Source: the human T2T-CHM13v2.0 reference genome, Homo sapiens
DNA length: 64,000 bases
Assembly: GCF_009914755.1 (NCBI RefSeq)
Contig: NC_060928.1
Direction: 5' to 3' (one strand)
The notes beneath the pieces were generated by a model. It searched no databases. It had not been told where the DNA came from and saw nothing but the letters and a program-made list of their open reading frames with translations. This document shows, piece after piece, positions 1-14,890 of the stretch (its first letter is position 1; each line of letters opens with the position of its first letter). Both the position numbers and the translations under genes were made by a program.

Positions 1-92
1 CTTTTCAAGCTTTTAGATGGCTCACTTGGTTTTTATTTATGAAAAATTATATATTATTTAAAACTTTGTACTCTACTTGAGGACAAACAAAA

Positions 93-696
93 TAGTCAAT
101 TCTTGTTATTCATGGTAAAGTTCTGTAAACATCGAGTTAGCAAATACAAAACTATTACTCCCGGGAAATACAGGATTAGGTTCCTGAAAGCCTCTGGTCA
201 CATTTTCATCAGTTGATCAATACATAACATTGTTGTATGTTCATTTCTGTTTAAAAACACCCCATTTAATATACATTGCTAGTTCATTAACATTGAACTC
301 AGTGGCTGACAGTACTATAACTCATGTCTGAATGAAGCTTCGCTAACATACCTGTCTTCTCTGTGAGGCACATCACAACCTCCTTGCACTTAGAAACACT
401 AGACAACACTTCAGTACTATGCTTGGGGACCATATTAAACAAGGAGATTACAAAAAAAAAAAAAAAAAGCACAAAAATCGGCACTAAATAGACCACTAAA
501 AAGACACATTTATAGTATGACAGCTGAAAAAGAAGACAGAGATTCACCTTGTTCAACTTCAGCTGGAAATGTGTGACTCAAATTTTCACTGATCTGTGCA
601 TTCCCACAAATGACAATGAAAGTGCTTGGGGATTCCAAATTAATTTTAGGGAGTAGGCTAATTTGAAAATATGGAATCATGAATAAAATGAGATTG
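93..696 (-). mobile_element. MER82-like Tigger (TcMar) non-autonomous DNA transposon
   Basis: Left end TAGTCAATTCTTGTTATTCATGG resembles the MER82 terminus. Minus-strand ORF 299-556 contains a decayed Tigger transposase N-terminus (MVPKHSTEVLSSVSKCKEVVMCLTEK...MSYSTV). Confidence 0.8.
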
Positions 697-1831
697 TATC
701 TTGTTCACCTTTGTGTCACTACTGTCACTACTGATTGTAATATTTTCTGTCATGTGGTAGTAGTTCAATATATATGCATATATATATTGAATAAATGGAA
801 ATAGTGTTCCTTAATTTTTAAATGAACCCCATTGTATAGTCCTATTTTGTTTTACGCTCTTGAGAAGTTTGTGATAGTCTGTAAATATTCAGTTAGTTTT
901 CAAATACAAACATTTTATAATAATATAAATGCTTGTTTTGTTAGGCTTACATTTCCCTTTGGAACTTTGAAGATATTGCTCCCTTACCTTTGGCATTTAA
1001 AATTAATACAAATTCTGATGCCACTATAAATCTCAGTCTTTTGTGGTATTAATGCCCCTCCCCTCCCTACTTTGGAAGCTTTTAGGATATTTTCTTTTGC
1101 TTGAAATTCTGAAAATTTATAATAGGTATTTATACTCCTTATAATATGTACATTAGACTCTGGAATGTTCATATCTTTTATCAATTTGGGGAAATTTTCT
1201 TCTTTTATTTCTTTGGTTGTTTCTTCTCCATTCTTTGTTATTATTTCTGAAAAATCCTATTAAATATGTTCTAAACTTCTGAATCCAGTTGAAGTATTTC
1301 CTGAAGTTTTGAAAATACATTCCTCTTTGTCCTTTTATACAGTGTTCTGGGAGTGTAAGTTGACTTACATTTCCAACTAACATATTTATTTTCAGCCATA
1401 TTTATTACACTATTCAGTCCATCATTTGAAAAATTATATACATCTTAATTTTGAATTAAGTTTTATAAATGGCATGAAGGGTACACCTTCATTCTTTTGT
1501 GTGTGGATATCTAGTTGTCCCAGCACCATTTGTTGAAATGACTATTCTTTTCCCATTCAATAGTCTTGGCACCCTTGTCAAAAATCAGTTGATCATAAAT
1601 GTAAGGGTTTATTTCTGGACTCTTAATTCTATTTCGTTGATCTGTATGTCTTTCCTTACATCAGTACTACACTGTCTTGGTTACTGTCGTTTTGTTTGAA
1701 GTTTTGATATCAGGAACATTTCCAACTTAGTTCTTTTTTAAGATTGATTTGACTTTTCTAGGTTCCTTACATGTTCATATAGATTTCAGAATCAGCTTAT
1801 CAATTTCTGCAAAAAAAAAAAAGGCAGCTAG

Positions 1832-2117
<286 letters not shown>

Positions 2118-2543
2118 CACAGGTGGGATTTTGATAGGAATTACATAGAATCTGTAGATCCATATGTTAAAAACACTAAGCCTTCCAAATCATAAATAAA
2201 TGGTGAATGTGTGCATTTTTATCTTATTTCTAATTTTAGGGGGAAAACACCCAGTCTTTCACTATTAAGTATAATGTTAACTCTGGATTTTTTTTTTTAG
2301 GGTATATTTATCAGATTAAGGAAGTTTCTCTCTACTCCTAATTTAAGTGTTTTTTACAATGACTGGATACCAAATCTTATCCAATGTTTTTTCTATACTT
2401 ATTGAGATGACCAAGTGGTTTTCATCCTTTTTTCTATTAATATGGTGTTTTATATTGATTAATTTTTCTGCATTAAAACAAACATGCATTCCTATGATAA
2501 AATTTGGTTGGTCATAATTGTACTCCTGGCCTCCAACATAACA

Positions 2544-2946
<403 letters not shown>

Positions 2947-4213
2947 TGAGTTCTTTTTTGACCAGTAGATATTTATAGTATGTTAATTTCCATATATTTG
3001 TAAAATTTTCAAATTTTCTTCTTCTTGTTTTGATTTCTAATTTCATTCCATGTGGTCAGAGAATATACTGTGTATGATTTTAATTATTTGAAATTTATTG
3101 ACACCTGCTTTATGGCCTAACATGATTTATTTTGGAGAATATTCTACATACACTTGAGAATATGTGTTCTGATGTTTTTAATGGAGTGGTATTTAGATGT
3201 CTGTTTGATCTAGTTGGTTTATAGTATTGTTTAAGTCAAGTCCTGTATTTTATTCTTGATCTTATGCCTAGTTTTTCAATTTCTGAAAGTGTAGTATTGA
3301 GTTATGCAATCATTTTTGTGAATTATTGATTTCTATCTTCAAAACTGTCAGTTACATGTATTACCAGTGATCTTTTATTCTCATGTGGATTTAAGGTACT
3401 TTTTAGTATCCTTTTATTTGGCTTAAATAACTTTTTTTTAGTATTTTGTTTAGGGCAGTTCTGCTTATGATAAATTCCCTTGGTTTTTGTTTATCTAGGA
3501 AAGTCTTTAGTTCTCCTTTGTTTTGGAAGGATAGTCTTAATGGATATGGAATTCTTGGCTGATATTTTTCTTTCAGCATTTTGAATACATTATTTCATTG
3601 CCTTCTGACCTCCATGGTTTCTGATGAAAAATCAGCTGTTCATCTCATTTAGGCTCCCTTGTGAGTGATGAATTGCCTCTTTCTTGTTGCTTTCAAGATT
3701 GTGCTTTTGGCATTGCCTTTCAGCAATTTATTTATGGTGTGTTTAGGTGTAGATCTCTTTACCTTTATCCTACCTAGAGTTTATTGAAATTTTTAAATAA
3801 CTAGGTTAATGTTTTTTATTAATTTCAGAAAGTTGTTGGTAATTATTTTCCCCCCTTATCTCTTTCTTCTCCTTCTGCAACTTTCCTTATGTGTATATTG
3901 GTACTCAGTGGTGTCCCACTTGATGGTTTTCATTAGAGTTTCTTCTTATTCCTCACACTGAGTGATTTCACTTGACCTATTTTCAAGTTCCCTGATTCTT
4001 TTCTTCTATCATCTAAAATCTGCTGGTGAGCCTCTGTAGAGAATCTTCATTTCAGTTATTGTACTTTGCAACCTCAGAGTTTCTGTGTGGTGCCTTTTGT
4101 TGTAATTTTAATCTATTTATATTCTCCATTTGGTGAGACATTGTTCTGATGCTTTCCTTTAAATTTGTGACATGATTTCCCTTACTTCTTTGAACATATT
4201 AATGATAGCTGCG

Positions 4214-4827
4214 TGCATTACAGAATTAACTCAGTGGGCTTGGGATGTTTAAACCCTGCACATTACAAAGAAAAAATTGGCCCTGGGAGATAACCTCTAA
4301 TCTCTCAGAATATCCTGCCTGATAAGATTGTCTTTGTATACCTGGTGCCTTGAGCCAGTCCAGATAGATTATGCTAGCAATATGCTTCATGGTGAATGCC
4401 TGCTTTTGTTTCCCTGGGGCTGTAGGCTATGCTGTATCAGTTTGACCACTGTGAGGAGGTGCTGGGACTACGTAGGTAAGATGAGTCACATGGGTGCCTC
4501 GTGTCTACATGATTAACTCCCAGTAAAAACCTGGAACTCCAAGGCAGGGGTTTGCTTCTTTGATTGGCAATACTTAAGATACACATTGTCATAGGTCATT
4601 GCTGGGAGAACTAAGCTCTGACTGTATGACTCCACTTGGAGTGGACAACTGGAAACTTGGGCCTTGTAGCTCTTGGACTCTGCTGTATGTACTTTTTCCC
4701 TTTCCTGACTTTAATTTGTATCCTCTCTTTTTAATAAACTATAATCATGAGAAAGACAGCTTTCCTGTGTTCTGTGAGTCCTTCTAGTGAATCACCGAAC
4801 CTGAGGGTAGTCTTGGGGACTCTCAAT
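4214..4827 (+). mobile_element. Solo ERVL LTR, MER77/MER21-like
   Basis: AAACCCTGCACATT...GGAGATAACCTCTAA...ATCCTGCCTGATAAG at the 5' end; AATAAA near 4733; 3' end GTGAGTCCTTCTAGTGAATCACCGAACCTGAGGGTAGTCTTGGGGAC. Confidence 0.75.
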
Positions 4828-6475
4828 CCACTTTACTTCCTAGGAAGTAACCCAAAGTTTGGGTTTCCTCAGGGACAATTTCTATTCATTGCCCATTTTC
4901 CCCATGTATGGACCACACTTTCCAGTTTCTTTTCATGTGTCATAATTTTTGGTTGAAAACTGGATATTTTAAACAATATAATATGGCAATTCTGAAAATC
5001 AGATCCTCCCTCCTTCCTTCCCCATGGTATGTTGTTGTTTATGTTTGTTTTTGTTGCTCTTGCTCTGTATTTACTGAGTGATTTTCTTGAACAAATTCTG
5101 TAAGGTCAGTATTTTTTGCCATGTGTGGCCTATTAAGTCTCTGCTCAGCATAGTGGTCAACTAAGACAGGAATTTCCTTGAACCCTTCAAACCTAGTGGT
5201 TCTACCAGCCTTTGCCAAACGGTTATGCGCATGTTTTGGCACACTTCCAATATTCAGGTAGTTCCATTTTGTTTTTGTCTTCACTTCCTGCTTGCACAGA
5301 GCCTCAAGTTCCACCAGACATCAGTTCTTTCCTGGGCATTTGCACAGCCCTATGCATGTACTTTACCTTCTAGATTCACAGGAATATATTGGTGCCTTCT
5401 CAAAGCCTCCTGTGGACACTCATGACTCAGTATTTAAAATTTTTTTTAGAAAAGTTATTTAGTCAGCTTCTTGTTTATTTGCCCCTGCTGTTAATTCTAA
5501 CTTGGACAGCTGTGATATTAAATAATTGTCACTGGTTTTTGTTTCAACAAATGCTCTGGGGAAAAGGCAACAGCTAACAGCTCCAAGTGAGGTCAAACAA
5601 AGACAAATTCTATGAGTGGAGGTTTCTAGGGAGCTGCCATAATAATAATAATGCTCTTCTAATGAAGATTTGCTGGGCACTCTAAGCATGTTCTGCCTCA
5701 TCCACTGGCTGTAGGCTGTTTTTCACAGTTATTATAGTTGCAAGACTGTTGGTTTTCAAAGCTGCTATAGAACTAGGGATAAGGAGATGGGAATAGGGCA
5801 AGTGAAAATATCACAAGGTTCACATTCTTACTGAGCTTTGATCATTTTTCCTTAATAAAAACTCCTTGGCTTGTCTTAAGCCTTTCACTAATTTCCAGAG
5901 TTCTGAGATGTTGATTTTGATAATTTTTGCCCGTGTTCTCTTTGCTTTTATGTAGGAGCTTACCTTCAAAAGTCCTTATTCTGCTATTCCAGAAAGGTTT
6001 CTTCTCCTCTTCTGTTTTTGTTTTTGCTGTTGTTTATTGTAAGTGTTTAGCGACTCTTGTCTATTTATCTTTGTGTTGGAAGAAATCCTTTTTGCTTCAG
6101 TATGAGTGATGATTTGGTTATGAAATTTTGTGATTATGGGTGAAAGGCAAGATGTGTACGTAAGTAGGTTACACTGAACTTACGGATATGGGGGCCTGGG
6201 TGGAACTAGCAACCCCAGTCACTACCCTAACTCTTTCTCACAAGAATTTTCATAGGCCAAAGTGGTGAACCCACTGTTTATTATTCAACACAAGGAAGTA
6301 TGGAGGAAGGGATGACTTGCATAGCTGCTCTGATTGCTGTTCTCCCATTAGCCACCCTGATGAGTGTGGGAGGGCTTCGGCTCCTTGTACTGGTTGTATC
6401 TGACCCAGAACACTACTAGGACTTCCACAGCACCCCTCCTCAGAGCGTATTTTGTGTCATGGTTCCCTCTGTTAA

Positions 6476-6824
<349 letters not shown>

Positions 6825-7494
6825 GATCCCTTTGCTTTTTATATTTCTGGTCCACTGATGATATGCTTACTTCTCGCCATTAACATCAAAATAATTTCTT
6901 TATCCTTTTCCGTTCCTTCTCCCTTTTGTCGTCGTCTTCTTTTTTTCATCCTCCACCTTCTCTTCCTCTTTCCCTCTTCTTCCTATATATTTCTTCTATG
7001 ATTTCTATAGATTGGGGTGGATAGGAAGGGGAAGTTGGCCTTGTTCACTATCTTAATCCAAGTCTTTGCCCTGTGTAGAATAGTAAAATGTAAGGAACTT
7101 CTAAAATGAGGAATGATTAACTAAATTGAAGCACACCTACATAATGGTACATTGTACAACTGTTAAATAGATATGTTTAAAAAATGCTTAAAACCATGCA
7201 AAATTTGGATGATGTAAGAAGTATAAAAAGCAAGATTTAAGAGTGTATTTATAAAATAATCACAATAATGAACAAAAGAAAGCATGATTAAATTCCTAGG
7301 AAGAAGAACTAGATGGAATATGCCACAATATTAATCAAACATCAGGAGTATAATATTCAAATATGTATCCTATCCCTTGAAGATTAGTTAGTAGCTAAGA
7401 TTAGTTAGTGGTTAAGCCAAGGCCTGTAGCTTCTTACAGGCTGTAGTCCCTAGGCAATTGGTGGCTTCATTTTGGACTTTGTCGCCCTTGCTCT

Positions 7495-7900
7495 CTCAGT
7501 TACAGACACACTGGCTTCGTTTCTTGTTCCTTGGATACATTGAACTTGCTTCTACCTCAGGGCCTTTCCCTTACTGTTTCCTATGCATGATTCATCATTT
7601 CCTAGGTATCCTTGTGGCCTAGTCCCTTATTAATTCAGGTTTCTAATCTAATGTTACCTCATCAGACTATCCTATAAAAAATAGCATCTCTGTCTTCACT
7701 ATCACTCTGTGTCCCCTTACATTGTTTTTTCTTCACAACACATTATTATCTCAATATGTTTACTTTTTCCCACTTGGTACATATAAATGCCACAGAAACA
7801 GCAACTTTGTTTTGTTTTCTACTGTATTTTCAGAACAATGCCTAGCCCATAGTAGACACTTAATAAATATTTGTGAAATAAATAATTTTATGAATGAATA
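7495..7900 (+). mobile_element. L2 3' end
   Basis: CCTCAGGGCCTTT...ATAGTAGACACTTAATAAATATTTGTGAAATAAAT...GAATGAAT. Confidence 0.75.
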
Positions 7901-8159
7901 CCTGACAAAATAGACAACCTGTTATTTTAGTCTATCATTTTAATTAAAAAATATATCCAGGCCGTAACTTCCTATTGAAGTTTGGGGAGTTAATATGGTA
8001 ATAAGTATGGAAATAATAGTGTTTTAAAATGTAGATTTCTAAGCTCCTTTTTTACAATGCATATTTTATCTAATAACTGCTAACAATGATTGAAGCTCTC
8101 ATTCTGTTACGAGGTTGGCTTTTTGACTTGCCAGAAAACTTAAATAAGGTAAATGAGTG

Positions 8160-8370
8160 TGTAATAATTTGTTGAGTGCCTACTCTATTGTATTTTTATA
8201 CATAAAACTAATTAATCTTTGCTACATACATATGAAACAGATATTACTATCCTCACTTTTTAGATGAGGCAGCTCAGGCTGAAGAAGATTAATTATATGC
8301 CCAATGTTACAAAGAACATAACTCATGAAGCCTGGGTTCAAACCTAGGGTTCTCAAACTCTTAACTCCTG
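8160..8370 (-). mobile_element. MIR
   Basis: Antisense MIR core TTTTAGATGAGGCAGCTCAGGCT...GGGTTCAAACCTAGG. Confidence 0.75.
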
Positions 8371-8384
8371 GGCTTTCTTCCTAG

Positions 8385-9400
8385 ATTGATTCATTAGTTA
8401 AAAAAATATTTAATGAGAACTATGTGTCAGGTTCTGTTTTATGCACTAGGAATACAGCAGTGAACAAAACAGAAAAAAATACTCATGGCTTGTTACATTC
8501 TAGAGGAGGTGGCAGGAGAGACAGAAAAACAATAAATTAATAAGGAAAAAAATAGAACATGTTAGATAATGATGAGTGCTATGGAGAAAATAAAGCAGGA
8601 GGAAGACAGGGTGTTTTGGAAAGGGCATTGGTAGCATTGGTGTAATATTTTAAATAAGGTGGTTAAAGATGATGTCAATGAGAAAGTGAGATGAGATAAC
8701 CTGGGGAATGAGCATCCTTAGCAGAGAGCACAGCAGGTGCAAAGGCCCTGAAGCTCATGGGTGCCTGATGTATTTGAGGACAAGCAAGGAAGCTATTGTG
8801 GGTGGAGTGGAATGATCAAGATGGAGAGTGTCAGATCAATTTCAGGCAGGTAAAGGGAAGGAAATAAGACAGAGCTTTGTAGGACATCGTAAGGGCTTTG
8901 GCTTTTACTCTGAATGAAATGAGAAGCTATTAGACAGTTTTGAGCAGAGGACTGAAGTGTTGTGATTTATGCTTTAAAATGATTCATATGATTTATGTGT
9001 ACTGAACAGGCTTGTCTCAAAAGAGCAACTGTTTGTTTCTAATTCATCTTACATTTGAGATGCCTGACATCTTGAGGAGAAATACTGAGCAGGCAATAGG
9101 ATATAGAGTCTGTAATCGAGAGGAGAGGTCTGAGTTGGAGATATAAATTTGGGAAAGCACATAGATAGTGTTTAATGTAATAAGTTTGGATGAAATCACT
9201 TAAGGAATGAGTGAAGATGGGGAAGAGGTCCAAAGATTGAGACCTCGGGCTCCAACATTAAGAAGAACCAGCAAAGGAGGCTGAGAAGGCTCACTCTGCA
9301 AAGCAGGAAGACAACCAGAAGAATGGGATGTCCCAGAAGCCAAGAGAAACAAGTACTGGAAGGATGAGGGAATTGTCAGTTGTGTGAAATGGTGCAGAAC
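8385..9400 (-). mobile_element. L2
   Basis: ATACAGCAGTGAACAAAACAGA, CAGCAGGTGCAAAGGCCCTGA, GGCTTTTACTCTGAATGAAATG. Confidence 0.8.
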
Positions 9401-10109
9401 TGGCATGTGTGAAAGAGAGAGGAGAGAAGTATTTGGGGGATTATATTCCTTTGTTTTAGCTAAGAAGGTTTTCTTTCCTCCCAAAGTCTCTGTAAGTTCA
9501 GCCATGTGGTGATGTAAGGTGATGGGCTGGGTTGTGTGCTATGGTTGACTTGTTTTTGGTATGTGTAATCTCCCTGTTCCTACTCTGCCATGATTATTGA
9601 TGATCCTGGCGAGCAACATTTCCACGGGGATGTGTGCATTTGCTATGTCTGGCTTGTAAACAGTAAATACAAATGCTGCTTTATCAATTTACAGTACAAT
9701 TGCCCTATGGCCAAAAGCAAAGTTGGAAGTCTGCCTCTCACTGCCTTCAGGATAAAGGCCAAACTTGGGAGCATGCCATATCGGCTTTCAGAAGATGGCT
9801 TTACATCTTACCACCCTCTCACATCTCCACCTCCCCTACCTCCCTCCACCTCTCTTCCCTGCCACACACTCCTATGCTCCTTTCACCCTGGACTCTAGGG
9901 ACATTGTGCTTGTGCCTCTTCATATATGCTATTCCTTAGGCTTGCCATGCCCAACTCTGCTTTTGTTCTCAGGAAAGTACCACTGATGTTCTGAAGTCCA
10001 GCTCATGTGAGATTCCACTGTGAAACCTTCCTGATCCCCAGGCTAGAGTACTTATTCTTTTCTCTGCTTCACCTTCTTTTATTGTATTTCCACTATAGTC
10101 TCTAATTAC

Positions 10110-10545
10110 TCAACCCAACACTCATCTAGATGTTGCTGTGAATGTATTTTATAGATGGGATTAACATCTACCATCAGTTGAATCTAAGGGGAAACTGTTC
10201 CAAATAATTGGGGTGAGCCTGATCCAATAAATTAAAAGGCCTTAAAAACAGAACCCAGGTTTCCCTGACAAAGAAGAAACTCCGCCCGTGGACTGCAGCA
10301 TCAGCTTCCGCAGGAGAGTTTCCAGCCTGTGCTTCCTGACATCCTGCCCTACAGATTTCAGATTTGCCTAGCCAGGTCATTGTGTGAAATTGTGTTAGCC
10401 ATTTCCTTGCAATAAATCTCTCTCTGTCTCTGACTTTCTTTCTCCATACAACACACACACACACATACACACACACACGTGTACATATACATAGACACAC
10501 AAATCCTACTAGCTCTATTTCTCTGGTGGAACCCTGATTGATACA
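10110..10545 (+). mobile_element. MLT2 (ERVL) LTR, MLT2D-like, with internal (CA)n at ~10449-10478
   Basis: CTAGATGTTGCTGTGAATGTATTTT...CTGCCCTACAGATTTCAGATTTGCC...AATAAATCTCTCT...CCCTGATTGATACA. Confidence 0.8.
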
Positions 10546-10689
10546 GAGAGCAAATAAAAAAAGTGACTATAAAAGGAGACAAAAAGAAAGAAAGTAGCTG
10601 AGTAAACGGAGGGAAGAATATAGTATCGTAATAGAAAATATGTAGAAAGGCGGAAGAGTGGAAACATCAAAGGAATTGAAGGGTTAATT

Positions 10690-10940
10690 GTCATCCTTTA
10701 AGACTCTGCTTAGATGCTTCCTCATCTACACAATCTTCCCTTCTCTAGGTATTCTTATTCTCTCTTGCATCTTGTCACCTATCACAGCACAAGTATTATA
10801 ACTTCATGTTGATACCTTTGTGATTCCTGTTTTGTGAGTTTAAGACCTCAGAGGATAAATTCATCTTTCTATCCCTAGCACCTAGCTTAGTGCTTGGCTT
10901 ATAACAGGGGCAGAATAAAACATTGGATAATAAGTGAATG
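10690..10940 (+). mobile_element. L2 3' fragment
   Basis: TATCCCTAGCACCTAGCTTAGTGCTTGGCTTATA...AATAAAACATTGG...GTGAATGA. Confidence 0.55.
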
Positions 10941-11704
10941 AGAGTTTGCAGCCTTAGGTGCTCACAGATGCCCAGCTCAGGCCAGCCCATGGACCAGAGA
11001 AGGTTTTCTGAAGGAAGCAGCCTGAGTACCATCAGAGGGAAACTCCAGTCAGCTGTTCTAGCTCCTTCCCTCCATGCATTCATTGGCACCTTCAGGACCA
11101 CATGATTTGCTGGGTCTCCTTCCCAGTATGTTGTGATGCTACCAACATACTTCCAGTGCCCTTAAGAAATGGCACTCAGTTCCTCCTACTTGAGGCTGCT
11201 TCATGGAAAGATCCACAGGCCACTTAACACACTGTGGCAACTCTCATAAGGGCATCTGAGTTGAAGGGCTTGTGGATATTTCTGTCTTCATTAAAGACTT
11301 TCCCTGGGCTCCTTTTATCCTTTTTGTTGACACCAGAGTTTGGACCATCTCTGGAGCACATAGATGTGCTGGATGCTTGTCGTCTCTTTGCAAGATGAGA
11401 TGCAAGAACACTTTCCTGCAGGAAGGAGAAAGCAGAGGGTCTTTTGGAGGCAAAGGACTCTCTAGCGATGCTCTGAGGCATTCCATGTAGTGACTTCCTC
11501 TTGCAGATGGATTTCCCCTTTGACAGCCTGAGAGTGTGTCTTACTTGCGGGGAACAAGCATAGAAAAGGAGATGCAAGTCTGCTTCGTTCTCCCATAGGA
11601 ATCTACAGCTTTTGAGCCTATTTCGTTGTGTCTGCCTCTCATATCTTCTTTGTTGGAAGTGAAAGGAAAGAGGAACCTCATGACTATTTATTGAACAGAT
11701 AACT

Positions 11705-12757
11705 GTTGAAAGAACTAAAATTGATAGTAAAGATGAAAATACAGTACAATTGGAGAAATGGCTGATACTAGGATTAGGGCAAGGAATAATACATAATGAG
11801 CCTGTGACGTTTTACAGTGTCAGGAAGTAAGGAAATTCTGAAAAACAAAACAAAACAAAAAAACCCGCATTGATGTGCATGTCAAAGGGGCACAGGAGCC
11901 AATTGAGAGAGCTGCCAATGGCCAAAGTGGGAAAAATTTGAGCAACAAGATAAATAAAATAGTACTGGATTATAGCTCAATGTACAAAATAAATATCCAC
12001 GAGTCCACACTGATATACATACATTGTTGAATAACTTAAAAAAAGGTAGAGAAGAGACAAATCTCCCATGCAGAAGAATTTCAAATAAATCATGTAGATT
12101 CTCCATCCTAAAGGGGAGGAGCATAATCCTTCATTCCTTAAGTGTGGGCCAGACATAATATGTCCCAAAATGTAGAGACATTATGGAAAGAGGAAGAAAA
12201 GCTTAACTTTACAGTGGATAAACCCGACAAGCACTGCTTCAGCTAGGTGATCAAGGTTGACATCAATAGTGATAAGTCATGTTGATAGTATGTGCCTTGG
12301 ATATGATGTAGTAAGAAATGATCTTTTGCCTCTGTGGTCTTCCTCCAAAAATGCATAACTCCAGCCTAATAATATGAAAAACATCAGACAAATTCCAATA
12401 CAGGATCATCCTACAATATGCCTGACCAGTACTCCTCAAAATTGTCAAAGTCATCAAAAATAAGGAAAGTCTGAGAAACTGTCACAACCAAGAAGAGCCT
12501 AAAGACACTTCATGACTAAATGTGATGTAATATCCTGGATGGAATCCTGGAACAAAAAAAGGACATTGGGTGAAAACTAAGGAAATCTAAATAATTTATG
12601 GACATTAGTTAATAATAATGTATCAGTATTGGTTCATTAATTGTGCCATACTAATGTAAGATGTTAATAATAGGAAAAATTGTGTGTCAGGGAGGCTATT
12701 TGGGAACACTGTACTATTTTCTCAATTTCTCTATAAATCTAAAACTGTTCTAAAAAA
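11705..12757 (+). mobile_element. L1MC 3' end
   Basis: GGAGAAATGGCTGATACTAGG, ATGTCAAAGGGGCACAGGAGCCAA, ATCCTGGATGGAATCCTGGAACA; ends TAAATCTAAAACTGTTCTAAAAAA. Confidence 0.8.
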
Positions 12758-12760
12758 CCT

Positions 12761-13595
12761 ATTTTTAAAATTTTATTTTTAATTTTAATGGGTACATAGT
12801 AAGTGTAAATATTTATGGTTTACATAAGATATTTTGATACAGGGCATATAATGTGTAATAATCACATTAGGGTAAATGGGGTATTCATTACCTCAAACAT
12901 TTATCCTTTGTGTTGCAAACAATCCAATTATATTCTTTTAGTATTTAAAAATACAATTAAATTATTATTGACTATAGTATTTGTGCTATAAATACTAGAT
13001 CTTATTAATTCTTTTAAACTATTTTTTGTACCCATTAACCATCCCTACTTTCTCCCTATGTCCCTCACTACCATTCCCAGCCTCTGGCAACCATCCTTCT
13101 ACTCCCTATCTCCATGAGTTCAATTGTTTTAATTTTTAGCACCCACGAATACATGAGAACATGTGAAGTTTGTTTTTTTCTGTGCCTAGCTTATTTCACT
13201 TAACATAATAACCTCCAGTTCCATCCAAGTTATTGCAAATGACAGGATCTCATTCTTTTTTTATGGCCAAATAGTACTCCATTATGTATATGTACCACAT
13301 TTTAAAAAAATCCGTTTGTTGATGTTTCCAAATTTTGGCTATTGTGAATAGTGCTGCAATAAACATGGGAGTGCAGATATCTCTTTGATATCCTAATTTC
13401 CTAGCAGTGGGATTGCTAGATCATACGGTAGCTCTATTTTTAGTTTTTTGAGGAATCTCCAAACTGATCTCCATGGTGGTTGTACTAAATTACATTCCCA
13501 CAAACAGTGTATTAGGGTTTCCTTTTCTCCACATTCTCACCAGCAGTTGTTATTGCCTGTCTTTTGGATAAAAGCCATTTTAACTGTGGTGAGAT
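12761..13595 (-). mobile_element. L1MA 3' end
   Basis: TTTAATGGGTACATAGTAAGTGT...TGCAAATGACAGGATCTCATTC...AAAGCCATTTTAACTG; approximate TSD AAAAA(C/T)CTATTTT. Confidence 0.85.
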
Positions 13596-13619
13596 TTTTA
13601 AAAATCTATTTTAATTGAC

Positions 13620-14640
13620 AAGCAAAACCTAATTAAACTAAAGAGCTTCTGCACAGCAAAAGAAATGATCAACAGAGTAAACAGACAATCTATAGAATGA
13701 GAGAAAACATTTGCAAACTATGCATCTGACAAAGGTCTAATATCTGGAATCTATAAGGAACTTAAACAATCTCACAAGCAAAACACAAATAACCCCATTA
13801 TAAGATGGGCAAAAGACATGAACAGACACTTCTCAGAAGAAGACATACAAGCAGCCAACAAACATAGGAAAAAATGCTCAACATCACTAATCACCAGAGA
13901 AACGTAAACCAAAACCACAATGAGATACCATCTCACACCTATCAGCATGCCTATTATTAAAAAGTCAAAACACAACAGATGCTAGCAAGGCTGCAGAGAA
14001 AATGCAACACTTACACACTGTCGGTGGGAATGTAAATCAGTATGGCCACTGTGGAAAGCAGTTGGGAGATTTCTCAATGCAGAGAAAACAGAACTACCAT
14101 TTGATGAAGCAATCCCATTGTTGGGTGTATATCCACAAGAAAACAAATTGTTCTACCAAAAATACATGTACTCGTGTGTTCATTGCAGCACTATTCAGAA
14201 TAGCAAAGACATGGAATCAACTTGGATGCCTATTGATGGTGGATGATATAGACAAAATATGGTACATCTGCACCCCAGAATACTACACAGCCACAAAGAG
14301 AACGAAATCATGTCTTTTGCAGAAACATGGTTGCAGCTGGAGGCCATTATCCTAAGTGAATTAACACAGGAATAGAAACAAAATACCACATGTTCTCACT
14401 TATAAATGGGAGCTAAACAATGGACATAAAGATGGCAACAATAGACACTGGGATATTCTAGAAGGGAAAGGTAGGGAGCAGGGCAAAGCTTAAAAAACTA
14501 TTGGGTACTATGCTTAGTAACTGGGTAATAGGACCCATATCTCAAACCTCATTATCACACAATGTATACAGGTAACAAGCCTGTATCTGTATCCTCTGAA
14601 TTTAAAATAAAAATTGAAACTATATAAATATAAAAGAAAA
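13620..14640 (+). mobile_element. 5'-truncated L1PB/old L1PA 3' end
   Basis: CTAATTAAACTAAAGAGCTTCTGCACAGCAAAAGAA (ORF2 C-terminus) through the 3'UTR and an A-rich tail. Confidence 0.9.
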
Positions 14641-14890
14641 GGTGAAACTCTATACCCAATAATAACTCCCCAAGCTTCCCTTCTTTCAGCTCCTAGTAAC
14701 CATCATTCTTCTATATGTTTCTGTGAATTGGACTACTCCAGTTACCTTGTGTCAGTGGAGTCACACAGTATTTGTCTTTTTTGTGGTTGGCATATTTTAC
14801 TTAGCATAATGTTTGCAAAGTTCTTCTATGTTGTAACATGTATCAGAATTTTCTCTCTTTTTAAGGCTGAATAAAATTATGTTGTATATT
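14641..14890 (-). mobile_element. L1MB 3' fragment
   Basis: GTGGAGTCACACAGTATTTGTCTTTTTGTG...TTTTTAAGGCTGAATAA. Confidence 0.7.

Noticed and set aside
7380-7409. 13-bp direct repeat AAGATTAGTTAGT
   Set aside because: An ordinary small tandem duplication with no further structure.
9590-9655. Possible C/D-box snoRNA (TGATGA at ~9598)
   Set aside because: No D box (CTGA) at a suitable distance and no terminal stem.
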